Origin: Verrucomicrobiota bacterium
Lineage (GTDB): Bacteria > Verrucomicrobiota > Verrucomicrobiia > Limisphaerales > J093
Length of the DNA stretch: 64,000 nt
Reading direction: 5' to 3'
Assembly (NCBI GenBank): GCA_027493615.1
Contig: JAOSKK010000012.1
Coordinates: 228,644 to 292,643, forward strand
Shown here in pieces: positions 42,650-54,701 of this stretch. A program made the position numbers and the translations under genes. The notes under the pieces were generated by a model. The model saw only the letters and a program-made list of their open reading frames with translations. It had not been told where the DNA came from and did not search any database. How positions within the stretch are numbered: the first letter of the stretch is position 1; each line of letters begins with the position of its first letter.

Positions 42650-43749
42650 ATACTCGCTCCGTTCTGTCCGGCCTCCTGCTCCTTCCCACCTCGCTGCTCC
42701 TGGTCGGATGCGGCGCGCACCCCCAGGAAGGAGAGACGGCGTCCACGGAAGTCGCGGTTCAAGTGGGCAAGGTCACGCGCGTCACGTTGCATGCCCGCGT
42801 GGACGCCTACGGCACGGTGGAGGCTGAACCCGCGGGCGGCGGCAAGCCCGCCGGGTTGGCTCGGTTGTCGGCGCCTGCCGCCGGGCTGGTGATGGCTGTG
42901 CCGGTGCGAGAAGGCGAGCCGGTGGAAGCCGGCACCGTGGTGGCGCGACTCGATGACCGTGTGGCCCTGGCCCAGATCGAGAGGGCCCGCCAAACCGTCC
43001 AGTATGCGGAGCAGCAGTTGGCGCGACAGAACCAGCTCCGGCTGGTCGAGGGTACGTCGGAGCAGCGAGGGCAGGAAGCCGCCCAGCAACTCGCCGCCGC
43101 CCAGTCGGAACTGGCCGTCGCCCAGGCCGCACTCGCGCAGGTCCACTTGACGGCGCCCCTCGCAGGGATCGTGGCCCGCATTCACGTTTCACCGGGCCAG
43201 ACGGTGGAGCCGAACACCGTCGTCGCGGAGGTGATCGACCCGGCGCGCGTCGTGGCCACGGTCACGGTCCCCGCGACCGAAGCGGCTTCGTTGCGAGCGG
43301 GACAACCAGCGGAACTGCGGACCGGCCATGACGCGGGGGCGGCGGCGCAAGGCACGGTGCGGTACGTAAGTCCCCAGGTGGATTCGAAGACGGCCACCGT
43401 CCTGGTGCGGATCTCCCTGCCCTCAGACGCCGGGTTGCGCGCCGGTCAGTTTGTCCATGCGCGCATCATCACCGAGGAGCGGACCGACAGGCTGGCCGTG
43501 CCACGGGCAGCGGTCTATACCCACCACGATGGAGAGAGTACGCTCTCCACCGTCGAGGGCGACAACGCCACACAGCGCACCGTCAAGGTCGGCCTGCGCG
43601 ATGGCGATTTGGTGGAAATCGAGGGGGACGGGGTGACGGAGGGGGCGACGGTGGTGACGCTCGGTTCCTACGCGCTGCCGAGGGAAACGAAGGTGCGGAT
43701 CCTGGCGGCAGGGGACGCTGGAAGGGCGACCGAGGAGTCCAGCAGGTGA
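42646..43749 (+). CDS. RND efflux periplasmic adaptor (MFP) subunit
   Basis: Lipobox LLVGC, APAAGLV, LTAPLAGIV, LRAGQF, AVP, VKVGL. Confidence 0.9.
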   Translation: MNTRSVLSGLLLLPTSLLLVGCGAHPQEGETASTEVAVQVGKVTRVTLHARVDAYGTVEAEPAGGGKPAGLARLSAPAAGLVMAVPVREGEPVEAGTVVARLDDRVALAQIERARQTVQYAEQQLARQNQLRLVEGTSEQRGQEAAQQLAAAQSELAVAQAALAQVHLTAPLAGIVARIHVSPGQTVEPNTVVAEVIDPARVVATVTVPATEAASLRAGQPAELRTGHDAGAAAQGTVRYVSPQVDSKTATVLVRISLPSDAGLRAGQFVHARIITEERTDRLAVPRAAVYTHHDGESTLSTVEGDNATQRTVKVGLRDGDLVEIEGDGVTEGATVVTLGSYALPRETKVRILAAGDAGRATEESSR

Positions 43750-46700
43750 ACCCCGGCGACTCGAAGTCAGCGGGCTTCGGGGCCAAGGAATCGGCCCATT
43801 CCTCGGTCCCCGGTCCTGGGTCGGGCGTTGGCTCGTTCGCCCTCCGGCACCGGCTCGCCATCCTCTTCATCACGATCGCCGTGTGCCTCGGCGGGGGGTA
43901 TTGCGCGCTGCGGATGCCGTCGTCGGTGTTTCCTGAAACGGAGTTCCCCCGCTGCGTCATCCTGGTTGACAGCGGCGTGATGCCCGCCGACGAGATGATG
44001 GCCACCATTACGCGCCCCATCGAGGAGGCGATGAAGGACATCCCCGGCGTGGTGCAGGTGCGCTCGGCCACCGGACGGGGGCAGCGCGGAAGTCAACGTG
44101 TTCTTCAACTGGCGGGTGGACATGGTGGTCAGTGAGCTCTACGTGCTGAACCGCGTCGCGCAGCTCAAGGGCAGCCTGCCTGCCCAGGCGAAGACGACCG
44201 TGTGGCGGCTGACGTTCAATGCCTTCCCCATCCTGGGCGTCAGCCTGACCAGCCCGCAACGCGACCTCACCGAGCTTTCGGAACTGGCGTACTACGACCT
44301 GAAGCCGCGTTTCCTCCGCATCCCCGGGGTGGCGCGCGTCGATCTGGTAGGTGGCCGTACCCCGGAATACCACGTCGTGGTGGACCCGGTAAAACTCGCC
44401 GCCGCGAACCTCGCGCTGAGCGACGTCACCGCCTCCCCTCGAGAGGAACAACCTGGTCGCGCCGGCCGGTTTCCACATGGAGAACTACACGATCTACCTC
44501 GCGCTGGTCGACAGCCGCGTCCAAGGCGTGCAGGACCTCGAGGATTTCGTCGTGCAGATGCGGGACCATCATCCGGTGCGCATCCGGGACTTCGCGCGCG
44601 TCGCGCGCGGACCGGAGCCGGTGTTCAACGTGGTCAACGCGCAAGGCCGCCGGGCCGTGCTGATGAACATCCGCGCCCAGCCGACCGGCAGCAGCATCCT
44701 GAACATTGCGCAGGCTTTGAAGGACCAACTGGCCGACCTGCGCCGCACCCTGCCGCCCGACCTGCAACTGGCGTTCTACTATGACCAGTCGCTGCTGGTG
44801 CGAGACTCCGTCGGCAGCGTCTGGGAAGCCATCCTCGTCGGCCTCCTCTTTGCCGTGGTGATCCTCTATCTCTTCCTCAAGAACTGGGGCAGTGTCCTCA
44901 CGGCCATCGTGGTCATCCCCGTCTCCGTGCTCGCCACCGTGGTGGTGATGCTGGCGGCAAGACTGACGTTCAACCTGATGACGCTCGGCGGCATCGCGGC
45001 GGCCATCGGCCTCATCATTGACGACGCCATCGTGGTCGTGGAAGCCATCTACGCGAAGGTGGCGCACGGTGAATCGCGGCTGCAGGCCATCCGGTCGGGT
45101 CTCGCGGACGTCCTCCATCCGCTGATCGGTTCGACCCTGACCCCGGTCGTGGTCTTCATCCCGCTTGCCTTCCTGGACGGCCTTCCGGGCGTGTTCTTTC
45201 GGTCGCTGGCCCTGACGATGGCCGTGGCGCTGCTGACCTCCCTGGTACTGGCTGTAACGTTGACACCCTCGCTGGCTTCGCTGTTCCTGCGCGACCGGGG
45301 ACATCTGGAGCACGGACACGTGCCGAAGTCGGAGGCGGGCGGTTCCGTCATGCGCCTGCTGCTGGGGCTGTTCGAACACGTGCTGAGGCGCGCGCTGCGC
45401 TGGCGGGGGGCGACGCTCCTCGCGTGCCTTGCCCTCGGTCTCGCCGGTTGGGCCCTCTACCGCCAACTCCCTACCGGATTCATGCCCGACATGGACGAAG
45501 GGGGCTTCGTCATTGACGGGCTGACACCCTGGGGCACGAGCCTGGAGGAAACCGACCGCATGATGCAGCAGGGCGAAGCCATCCTCCGCGCGACGCCCGA
45601 GGTCGAAGGCTATTCGCGGCGCACGGGCGCGCGGCTGGCCCTCGCGGTGGCCGAACCCAACAAGAGTGACTTCCTCGTCAAACTCCGGCCCGACCGACGC
45701 CGTAGCACGGAGGAGGTCAAGCAAGCGTTGCGCCGCCAGTTCAATGCCGCGTTGCCCGGGGTGGAATGGGAGTTCCCCGGGATCCTGGGCGACCTGATCG
45801 GCGACCTTACCTGGTCACCCAAGCCAGTCGAGATCAAGCTGTTCTCCACCGATACCGCCTGGCTGATAAGGAAGGCCCCGGAAATCAAGGCCCGCATCGA
45901 GCAGGTTCCCGGCGTCGTGGACACATTCGACGGACTGCGCATGACCGGCCCCACCCTCAGCTTCCGCATCCGGGCGATCGACGCCCAGCGGCATGGCCTC
46001 ACGAGCGATGACCTCGCCACGGCCCTCAACACCGCCTTGCTCGGGCGGACCGCCTCGTCCGTCCTCGAACGTGACCGGGTGGTCGCCATCCGCGTGCAGG
46101 CCGAGCCCGCGGTTCTGGCCCGGCTCGACGCCTTGCGCGAGCTGCCGCTGCGCACCCCTTCCGGCAGCGTGGTCAAAATCTCCGAGATCGCCGACCTTAC
46201 CGAAGCGCCAGGTCAGCTCGAACTGGTCCGGGAAGACCTCCGGCAGCTCGTCGCCGTGACGGCCGGACTCGAGAACCGCGACTTGGGCAGCGCGATCGCC
46301 GAACTCCAGCAACTCCTGAGTCAGGACCGGACCCTACCGCCTGGCGTCGTGGAGCTCGGTGGGCTGTTCCAGCAGCAGCAGGAGAGCTTCCGCAACCTGC
46401 TCACCGTCCTCCTGCTCGCCATCGGCCTCGTCTTCACCGTGCTGCTGATCGAGTTCCGGAGCTTCCGCGAGCCCGTGGCCATCGTCTGCGGCAGCCTCCT
46501 GGCGTTGACCGGCACCGTCGGGGCATTGTGGCTCACCGGCACCACTCTCAACATCGTGAGTTTCCTGGGGGCGATCATCGGCGTGGGCATTGTGGCGAAG
46601 AACGGCATCCTGATGCTCGATTTGGTGGACCACCATCTGAACCAGGGAGCCGACCTGGAAGAGGCCCTCGTCCAGTCCGGCCGCCGGAGGTTGCGACCGA

Positions 46701-46915
46701 TCCTGATGACCACCCTGGCAACGGCGCTGGCCATGCTGCCTCTGGCCTGGGGTGTCGGCCACGGCGCCGACATGCTCCGCCCGCTGGCGATCGGCCTCAT
46801 CGGGGCGCTTTGCCTTTCGATGCTCTTCTCGCTCATCGCCACGCCGACCCTCTATTGCGTCATCATGCGTTTCCGAGAGAAGACACTCGTGCGAGCGCTG
46901 ATGTCGCCCGGATAG
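43746..46915 (+). CDS. RND efflux permease (AcrB/CusA superfamily; frameshifts near 44080 and 44440)
   Basis: ITRPIEEA, NLMTLGG, IGLIIDDAIVVVE, FMPDMDEG, GIVAKNGIL, RLRPILMT. Confidence 0.92.
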
Positions 46916-46947
46916 GCAACGACGGAGCAGCGGTGAAGTCGCCCGAA

Positions 46948-47262
46948 ATGGCCCCGTCCGTCCTCCCGAGCCTGCGAGTCCGCTGGCCCGAGCGTCCCGG
47001 GAGTCTCCTTCCGCGGCTGGCACTCCCGCGGGATGGGTCGCAGCCCCGGCTGCGGCGAATCAAAGGCCAGATCGAAGCCATCGAACGGATGATCGATGCG
47101 GACGCTGACACACCCGACGCACGGATGCTGGTGGTCTCGGCGCGCCAGGCCTTGAAGTCGTTCGGCGACGAAGTGATCGAGGCCCACCTGCACGAGTGTA
47201 TTGAGGGCGCCGCTGCCCAGCCGGCCGGCCGGCGGGAATCCGCGCCTTGTTGGAGGTGTTGA
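46948..47262 (+). CDS. CsoR/RcnR-family metal-sensing repressor, degenerate
   Basis: RLRRIKGQIEAIERMI...HLHECI. The first conserved Cys appears replaced (DADTPD). Start is uncertain. Confidence 0.6.
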   Translation: MAPSVLPSLRVRWPERPGSLLPRLALPRDGSQPRLRRIKGQIEAIERMIDADADTPDARMLVVSARQALKSFGDEVIEAHLHECIEGAAAQPAGRRESAPCWRC

Positions 47263-47283
47263 AGCGATACGCATCCTGACGCT

Positions 47284-50017
47284 ATGGGCCTGGTGAGAGA
47301 TCCCAACGGAGACCGCACGGCCGAACTGGTGCGTGACGCCGCGACGAAGGAGCTTGCGGAGCTGTTCCCGCGCCTCCGCACGTCACCGACCGGCCTGAGC
47401 GAGGACGACGCCGCCGAGCGACTGGAAGTGTTCGGCCCCAACGAGGTCGCACAGGAGGCACGGCATACCTGGCGACAGCGGTTGTACCACGCGGCCATCA
47501 ATCCGCTCGTCATCCTGCTCACGGTCCTCGCCATTCTGTCATTCGCGACCGGCGACGCCACGGCGGGAACCATCATGATGCTCATGGTCGTTCTCGGTCT
47601 GTCCCTGCGGTTCATTCAAGAAACCAAGGCCGACCACGCCGCCGCCCAGCTCAAGGCGATGATCCGCGTCACCGCCACCGTCCTGCGCGACGGTCAGCCG
47701 CGCGAAACCCCGCTGCGCGAGCTCGTCCCCGGCGACGTGGTGAAGCTCTCCGCCGGCGACATGATCCCCGGCGACGTGCGCCTCATGTCCGCGAAGGACC
47801 TCTTCGTCGTCCAGGCGACGCTGACCGGCGAGTCGCTCCCGGTCGAAAAGAATGAGCCCCTGGACACGCGCCCCAACGTCTCGGCCATCGAGCGGAACAA
47901 TCTCTGTTTTCTTGGCACCAGCGTCGAGAGCGGCGTCGCCACGGCGGTCATCATCGCCACCGGCGCGCAGACCTATTTCGGCAAGGTGGCGCGCAGTCTG
48001 GCCGGCCGGCAACCGGACACCGCGTTCGACAAGGGCATCAAGAAGTTCACCTGGCTCATGATCCGCTTCATGCTCGTGATGGTGCCGCTGGTCTTCGTCA
48101 TCAACGGCATCACCAAGCACGATTGGAAGGAGGCGTTCTTCTTCGCGCTGGCCGTCGCCGTCGGCCTCACGCCGGAAATGCTGCCGATGATCGTCTCGGT
48201 CTGTTTGTCGAAGGGCGCGCTGGCCATGTCCCGGAAGCAGGTCATCGTCAAGAAGCTGAATTCAATTCAGAACTTTGGCGCGATGGACGTGCTTTGCACC
48301 GACAAGACCGGCACGCTCACCAGGGACCACGTCATCCTTGAACTGCACGTGGATGTGTTTAGGAACGAAAGCGAGGAGGTACTGCGCGACGCTTACATCA
48401 TCAGCCATTTTCAGACCGGCCTGAAAAACGTGCTCGACCGCGCCGTCCTGCAGCACAAGGAACTCCACCAGGAACTGAACGTGGCGCAGTACGTGAAGGT
48501 GGACGAACTCCCGTTCGACTTCTCCCGCCGGATGATGTCCGTCGCCGTCACCCTGCCCGGGGGCGAGCGACAACTGATCACGAAGGGCGCGCCCGAATCG
48601 GTCTTCGCCAAGTGCACCCATTTCGAGAGCAAGGGCGAGCGTTTCCCGATGGATCCAATCTTCGTCGGCGACCTGCTGCAGCAGGTGAACGAACTGAGCG
48701 AGGACGGCTTCCGCGTGCTCGCCGTCGCGACCAAGCCCTTGCGGAGCGCACGCGCCTCGCCTGCGGGCGAAAGCGCCTCGCTCTCGACCGCGGTTGTCGA
48801 GGCAACCACCGGGGCGGCCGGGGCGGCGGCCCCCCTCATCACCAAAGCCGACGAATGCGATATGGTTCTGACCGGCTACCTGGCCTTCCTCGACCCGCCC
48901 AAGGACACGGCGGTGAAAGCCATCGAAGCCTTGCGGCAACACGGTGTCACCGTGAAGGTGCTCACCGGCGACAACGACCTCGTCACCCGCAAGGTGTGCC
49001 GCGAGGTCGGCATTCCCACCGACACCATCATCCTCGGCCGCGACGTGGAAGCCATGTCCGAGGCGCGTTTGTCGGATGCCGTGGAATCCGCCGACGTGTT
49101 TGCCCGCCTATCGCCCGCGCACAAGCAGCGCATTGTGAAGGCGCTGCAAGCCAGGGGCCACGTCGTCGGCTTCCTGGGCGATGGCATCAACGACGCCCCC
49201 CGCCCTTCGGGCCGCCGACGTGGGCCTCTCCGTCGACAATGCCGTCGACATCGCCAAGGAATCCGCCGACATGATTCTGCTGGAGAAGAGCCTCCTGGTG
49301 CTGGAGGCAGGTGTGCTCGAAGGCCGGAAGGTGTTCGTGAACATCTTGAAATACATCCGCATGGGGGCGAGCTCCAACTTCGGCAACATGTTCAGTGTGC
49401 TCGGCGCGAGCGCATGGCTGCCGTTCATGCCCATGCTGCCGATCCAGGTGCTCACCAACAACCTCCTTTACGATTTCTCGCAAGTGCCGATCCCGACGGA
49501 CAACGTCGGCCCGCTGCAAACCGCCAAGCCGCGTCCGTGGAACATGGGTGCCATCGGCAAGTTCATCCTGTTCATCGGGCCGGTTAGTTCCATCTTCGAT
49601 TACACCACCTACGCGATGATGTGGTTCGTTTTCAAGTGCCACGATCTCGCGCTGGTACCGCCGCCGGAGCTGGCCGCACGCTTTGCCAACGCCGCCGCGC
49701 CGAACGAAACCTACGCCGCCGCCCTCTTTCACACCGGCTGGTTCGTCGAGTCGCTGATGACGCAAACCCTCATCGTCCACGTCATCCGCACCAACCTGAT
49801 CCCGTTCGTCCAATCACGGGCGAGTTGGCAACTGACGATGACGACCCTCCTCATCCTGGCCATCGGCGCGTCTCTGCCGTCGTCTCCACTCGGGCCCTTC
49901 CTGGGGTTCGTCCCGCTGCCCCCACGGTACTGGCTGCTGCTGGCGCTGACACTGGTGTGCTACGTGGGCCTGACGCAGTTGGTGAAGACGTGGCTGCTGA
50001 AGAAATCCTGGATCTGA
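47284..50017 (+). CDS. mgtA: Magnesium-translocating P-type ATPase (frameshift near 49200)
   Basis: LTGES, AVGLTPEMLP, CTDKTGTLT, PFDFSRR, KGA, LDPPK, TGDN, GDGINDA, ASSNFGN, NLLYDFSQ, GWFVES. Confidence 0.93.
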
Positions 50018-50121
50018 CCGCCCACCATGGCCCGAAAACCTCGAGTTGGCCCGGCAGCCCCGCCTGAAGCGGCGACGCAACCCCCTGCGCCCGAAGCGCT
50101 CCGGCGGTTTCGCCCCGGGTC

Positions 50122-51505
50122 ATGGCAGAACAAGGTAGAGACGAAACGGCGGAACCCGGGCTGTCTCCCATGGCGACCGCCGGGCGCGGCGCGGTGGGTG
50201 TGCGCCCGTCGTTGCCGGAGTCGCACGCCACCGTCCGGGTGCCGGAAGGCGCCCCGGCGTGGCGGAAGTTCCTGGCGTATTTCGGCCCGGGCCTGCTCAT
50301 CGCCGTGGGCTACATGGATCCGGGCAACTGGGCGACCGACCTTGCCGGTGGCGCCCGGTTTGGTTACCTGCTGCTTTCCGTCGTCCTGCTCTCGAATTTC
50401 ATCGCGATGCTCCTGCAGCATCTGGCGTTGAAGCTGGGGATCGTCACGGGCCGCGACCTCGCGCAACTGTGCCGCGAGCATTCGTCGAAGCGATGGGCGA
50501 TCACGCAATGGCTGCTCGCCGAGGTCGCCATTGCCGCCTGCGATCTGGCCGAGGTTATTGGCTCCGCGGTGGCGTTGAACCTGCTGTTTGGTCTGCCGGT
50601 GGTGATCGGGGGTGATCGTCACGGCGCTTGACGTGCTCGTGGTGCTGGCGCTCCAGCACCGGGGTTTCCGCTATGTCGAGGCGCTCGTCGGCGCGTTGAT
50701 TGCCGTCATCGCCGTTTGCTTCGCCTACGAACTCGTCGCCTCGCACCCGCGATGGATCGGCGCCCTGGACGGACTCCTGCCGCACCCGGAAATCATCACA
50801 AATCCCGGCGCCCTTTACCTGGCCATCGCGATCCTTGGAGCGACGGTCATGCCCCACAACTTGTATCTGCACTCGAGCATCGTGCAGACGCGCAACTTCC
50901 GCCGGGACGACGACGGCAAGGCGAGCGCCATTCAGTTCGCCACCCTGGATTCCTCGGCCGCGCTGTTCGCAGCCTTCTTCGTCAATGCGGCGATCCTCAT
51001 CCTCAGCGCGGCGACCTTCCACGGGACCGGCCATGAGGATGTCGCGGATATTTCCGAGGCTTACAGGCTGCTCAGCCCGGTCCTGGGTGCCAGCCTGGCC
51101 AGCGCGCTCTTTGCCATTGCCTTGCTGGCCTCGGGCCAGAACTCAACGCTGACCGGGACGCTCGCCGGACAGATCGTGATGGAAGGCTATCTGGACCTTC
51201 GCCTTCCCCAGTGGGTCCGCCGCCTCGTCACCCGACTGATCGCCGTGGTGCCGGCGGCCATCGTGGCCGCCGTTGCCGGTCCGCGCGGGATCAACGAACT
51301 GCTCATCCTCAGCCAGGTCATCCTCTCGTTCCAGCTCAGCTTCGCCGTCTTTCCGCTGGTCGCCTACACCGGACGGCGGCGCCTCATGGGACGGTTCACG
51401 AATCCGCGCTGGCTTCAGCGCGTGGCGTGGGCGGTTGCGGGACTGATCGCGGTATTGAATGTTTATCTGCTGGTTGCCACCGTGCGCGAGGCGATGGCTC
51501 CCTAG
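50122..51505 (+). CDS. mntH: Nramp-family divalent metal transporter (frameshift near 50610)
   Basis: [43 protein letters not shown]. Confidence 0.93.
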
Positions 51506-51512
51506 AACGGCC

Positions 51513-51962
51513 ATGTACCGGCACATTCTCATCCCGCTGGAAAACTCGGCCACCGACGAGCTTGTGCTCAGTCACGTGCGCGACTTCTGGCCCCCGTCCG
51601 GTGCCCGGCTCACGCTCATTCATGTTGCCGACGGTCACGCCGCGCGAAATTACGAGCGACTGCATCTTGCGCCCTCGCCGGAGATGCTGGCCGATCAGTC
51701 CTACCTGGAGCGTCGCCAGCGCGAAATGGCTGACGCCGGGTTCACCGTGGATGCCCACTTGGAACTTGGCGCGCCCGCGGTGAAGATCGTGGCGTTCGCC
51801 GAGCAGCAAGGCTGTGACCTCATCATGATGGCCACGCACGGCCACGGGTTCTGGGCGGACGTGTTCCTGGGCAGCGTGTCCCGGTCGGTGCGCCACCGGA
51901 CCACGATTCCCGTGCTGTTTGTGCGCGCCAAACCCAAGCCCGTGAAGTCAACGGAAGCGTGA
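51513..51962 (+). CDS. Universal stress protein
   Basis: MYRHILIPL, DLIMMATHGH, LGSVSRSVRH, PVL. Confidence 0.9.
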   Translation: MYRHILIPLENSATDELVLSHVRDFWPPSGARLTLIHVADGHAARNYERLHLAPSPEMLADQSYLERRQREMADAGFTVDAHLELGAPAVKIVAFAEQQGCDLIMMATHGHGFWADVFLGSVSRSVRHRTTIPVLFVRAKPKPVKSTEA

Positions 51963-52418
51963 TATGTTCGCTGGCACCGTGATCGCGCCGGGCATCGCTC
52001 TGGATCCGGCGGTGCTGCCGCTGCCGAGTTGCGATCGGCCCAGGAAGGTTCGAACTGCACAGCAGCTTGGGCAGCTCTTTGGGCAAAGGCCGAATGGCAG
52101 AGCACCGCTCCCCCTTCCGCTGGCTCCCCTCCGGGGTCGCTCCTCAGGACCGCTCGCGCCGGAAACCTTTCTGTCGAACGCTTGCGGTGGCGACCCGGTG
52201 GGCGGAGGGGCATCTGATCGTGAAACCGGAACGCCGGCACCGCTACCACGATGGCCGCGAGGCGATCAGGGACATCCTCGAATGGAGAAAGCCGGACTGA
52301 AGGCGCGTTCGATGCAAAAGGACACTCAGATGGCGGCGCGGGCCTCCCGACCAAGCCGTTCGCTTCCCGCATCCGGTCGCGACCTCGAAGAGGGTGGCCG
52401 ATCTCCTCACGGCGCCCC

Positions 52419-53437
52419 GTGTTAACGCGTCTCCAACTGGAACGCGGCCAGATTCTCCTCTATGGGGCCGCGGTGGTGCTGGGTGCGGCGTCCGGCTGGA
52501 GCGCGCCTGCCGCCGCGCCCTGGCTGGAGGCGTTGCTGTGGCCGGTGCTCGCGGCCCTGTTGTACGTGACCTTCGTCCAGGTGCCGCTGGTGGGGTTGGC
52601 GGAGGTGCTTCGCGACAACCGGTTCCTGCGCGCCCTGTTCGCATTGAACTTTGGGCTCTTGCCCGCCCTCGTGTGGTTATTGGCGCGCGGACTGCCCTGT
52701 GAACCGGCCCTCCTGCTGGGAGTCTATCTGGTCCTGCTGGTGCCCTGCACGGACTGGTTCGTGAGCTTCACGCTGCTGGGAGGCGGGGACGCGCGGCGGG
52801 CCATTGCCGCGACGCCGGTGTTGCTCCTGGCGCAGATGGTTCTGCTGCCGTGCTACCTCTGGCTGTTCCTGGGCCGGGAGTTCACCGGTCTGGTCCGGAC
52901 CGCGGCTTTCCTCGAAGCGTTCCTGGGCCTGATCGGACTGCCGTTGGTGCTGGCCGCCGCGACCGAATGGGGGCTCGCCGTTCGACACCGCTGGCGCGCT
53001 GGCTGCAGATCACCGCCTGGCTGCCGGTGCCTTTGCTGGGGCTGACCGTATATTTGATCGCGGCGGCCCAGGCACGGATCGTCCTCGCGTCCTGGGATCT
53101 CCTCGGGCGGGCAGCGCTGGTCTTCGGCGTGTACGCCGCCACGGTCCCCTTTCTCGCCCGGGGCGTCGGACGCTGGTGGGCGCTCGAGCCGCGTTCGCAG
53201 CGGACCCTGGTGTTCAGTGCCGGTACGCGCAACTCGTTCGTCGTGCTGCCGTTCGCGCTGGCGTTGCCGGCCGAGTGGCGGCTGGCCGTGGCGGTCATCG
53301 TGTTGCAATCGTTGATCGAATTGGGGGCGATGATCGCCTATCTGTGGTGGGTGCCGCGGCACTTGATCCCCGCCGAACGAACGTCCGGAGGCCGTGACCA
53401 CCCGCCGCCGAACGACCGGGGCGAGATCGCCAAATGA
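52419..53437 (+). CDS. ACR3/SBF-like (arsenic resistance-type) transporter (frameshift near 52980)
   Basis: LLYVTF, NFGLLP, LLVPCTDW, TRNSFVVLPFALALP. Confidence 0.8.
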
Positions 53438-53500
53438 GTCTCGCCATGGGGTCCGCCCTTGTCTGACACTGGGCTGGCCGACGGCGCCGCGATAGTAGCG

Positions 53501-54701
53501 ATGACGAATGCAACGGAAGTCAGCCTGCCCCAGGGTCTCGCCGGGCCCACATCCACCGCTTGGCGCGGGCGTGTCCGCTTCGACCGCAACGAGCTGGCCG
53601 GCAGCTTCGGCGACATCGGCACCGATTTGCCGTTGATCATCGGCATCCTGCTGGCCACGGGCGCGGACAGTGCCAGCGTCTTCATCCTGTTCGGGCTGAT
53701 GCAGATCATGACCGGCCTGGTCTATGGCCTGCCGATGCCGATGCAGCCACTCAAGGCCATGGCGGTGCTGGTCATCACGCAGCAGTTGAGTGCGGGAGTG
53801 CTGTACGGGGCGGGGTTGGCCATCGGCGTCATCATGCTCAGTCTCAGTTGGAGCGGAGCGCTGGGCTGGATGGCGGCTCGCATCCCGCGGTGCGTTGTGC
53901 GGGGGATTCAGTTCGGCCTCGGCCTGTCGCTCTGTTCGCTCGCGCTCAAGACTTATCTGCCCGCGGCTGGACGGGGGCGGCTATGCACTGGCGGCGGTCG
54001 GCTTTGTCATCGTGCTGGCGCTGCGCGAGAGCCGGCGTTTCCCCGCCGCCTTGTTCGTCATAGCGCTGGGCGTGCTTTACGCCCTTGTCTTCAACGTGGA
54101 CGCAGCGCACGTGGCGGCGGGTGTTGGGTTGGCATTGCCCAAGGTCCAGGTGCCGGAGTGGAACCAGATTCTCACCGGGTTGGTGGTGCTGGCGCTGCCG
54201 CAGTTGCCGCTCTCGCTCTCCAATTCCGTCATCGCCACGCAACAAACGGTGCGCGATCTCTTCCCCGGTCGACCGTTGAGCGTCCGGCGCATCGGGGTGA
54301 CCTACGGGCTGGTGAACGTGCTGAACCCGTTCTTTGGGGGCATCCCCACCTGTCACGGGTGCGGCGGGCTGGCGGGGCATTACGCGTTTGGCGCGCGCAC
54401 GGGCGGGTCGGTCGTGATTTATGGCATGCTCTATGTCGTTGTGGGGTTGTTCTTCAGCGGCGTATCGGCGGAGGTCGTGAAGGTGTTCCCGCAGCCGTTG
54501 CTGGCGGTGATCCTGTGTTTCGAGGGGCTGACGCTGCTGCTGTTCATCCGGGACGTGGCGGCGTTGCCCGGGGATTTGTTCATCACCCTGCTGGTGGCCT
54601 TGTGCGCGGCGTTCCTGCCACAGGGCTACCTCATTGGGCTGCTGCTCGGACTCGTGCTGGTGTACGGTCGCTCGCCGCCAACACCCAAAGTATCGACCTG
54701 A
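53501..54701 (+). CDS. Putative sulfate/molybdate transporter (MOT1-like; frameshift near 53970)
   Basis: ELAGSFGDIGT, PMPMQPLKAMA, PQLPLSLSNS, PTCHGCGGLAGHYAFGARTG. Confidence 0.85.

Noticed and set aside
51964-52300. Small gene between USP and the ACR3-like transporter
   Set aside because: Only short stretches look protein-like and no family is recognisable; not enough support to call.
53438-53500. Second fluoride-riboswitch-like string (GCCATGGGGTCCGCC)
   Set aside because: P1 pairing and the GCTGATGAC/pseudoknot elements are missing.
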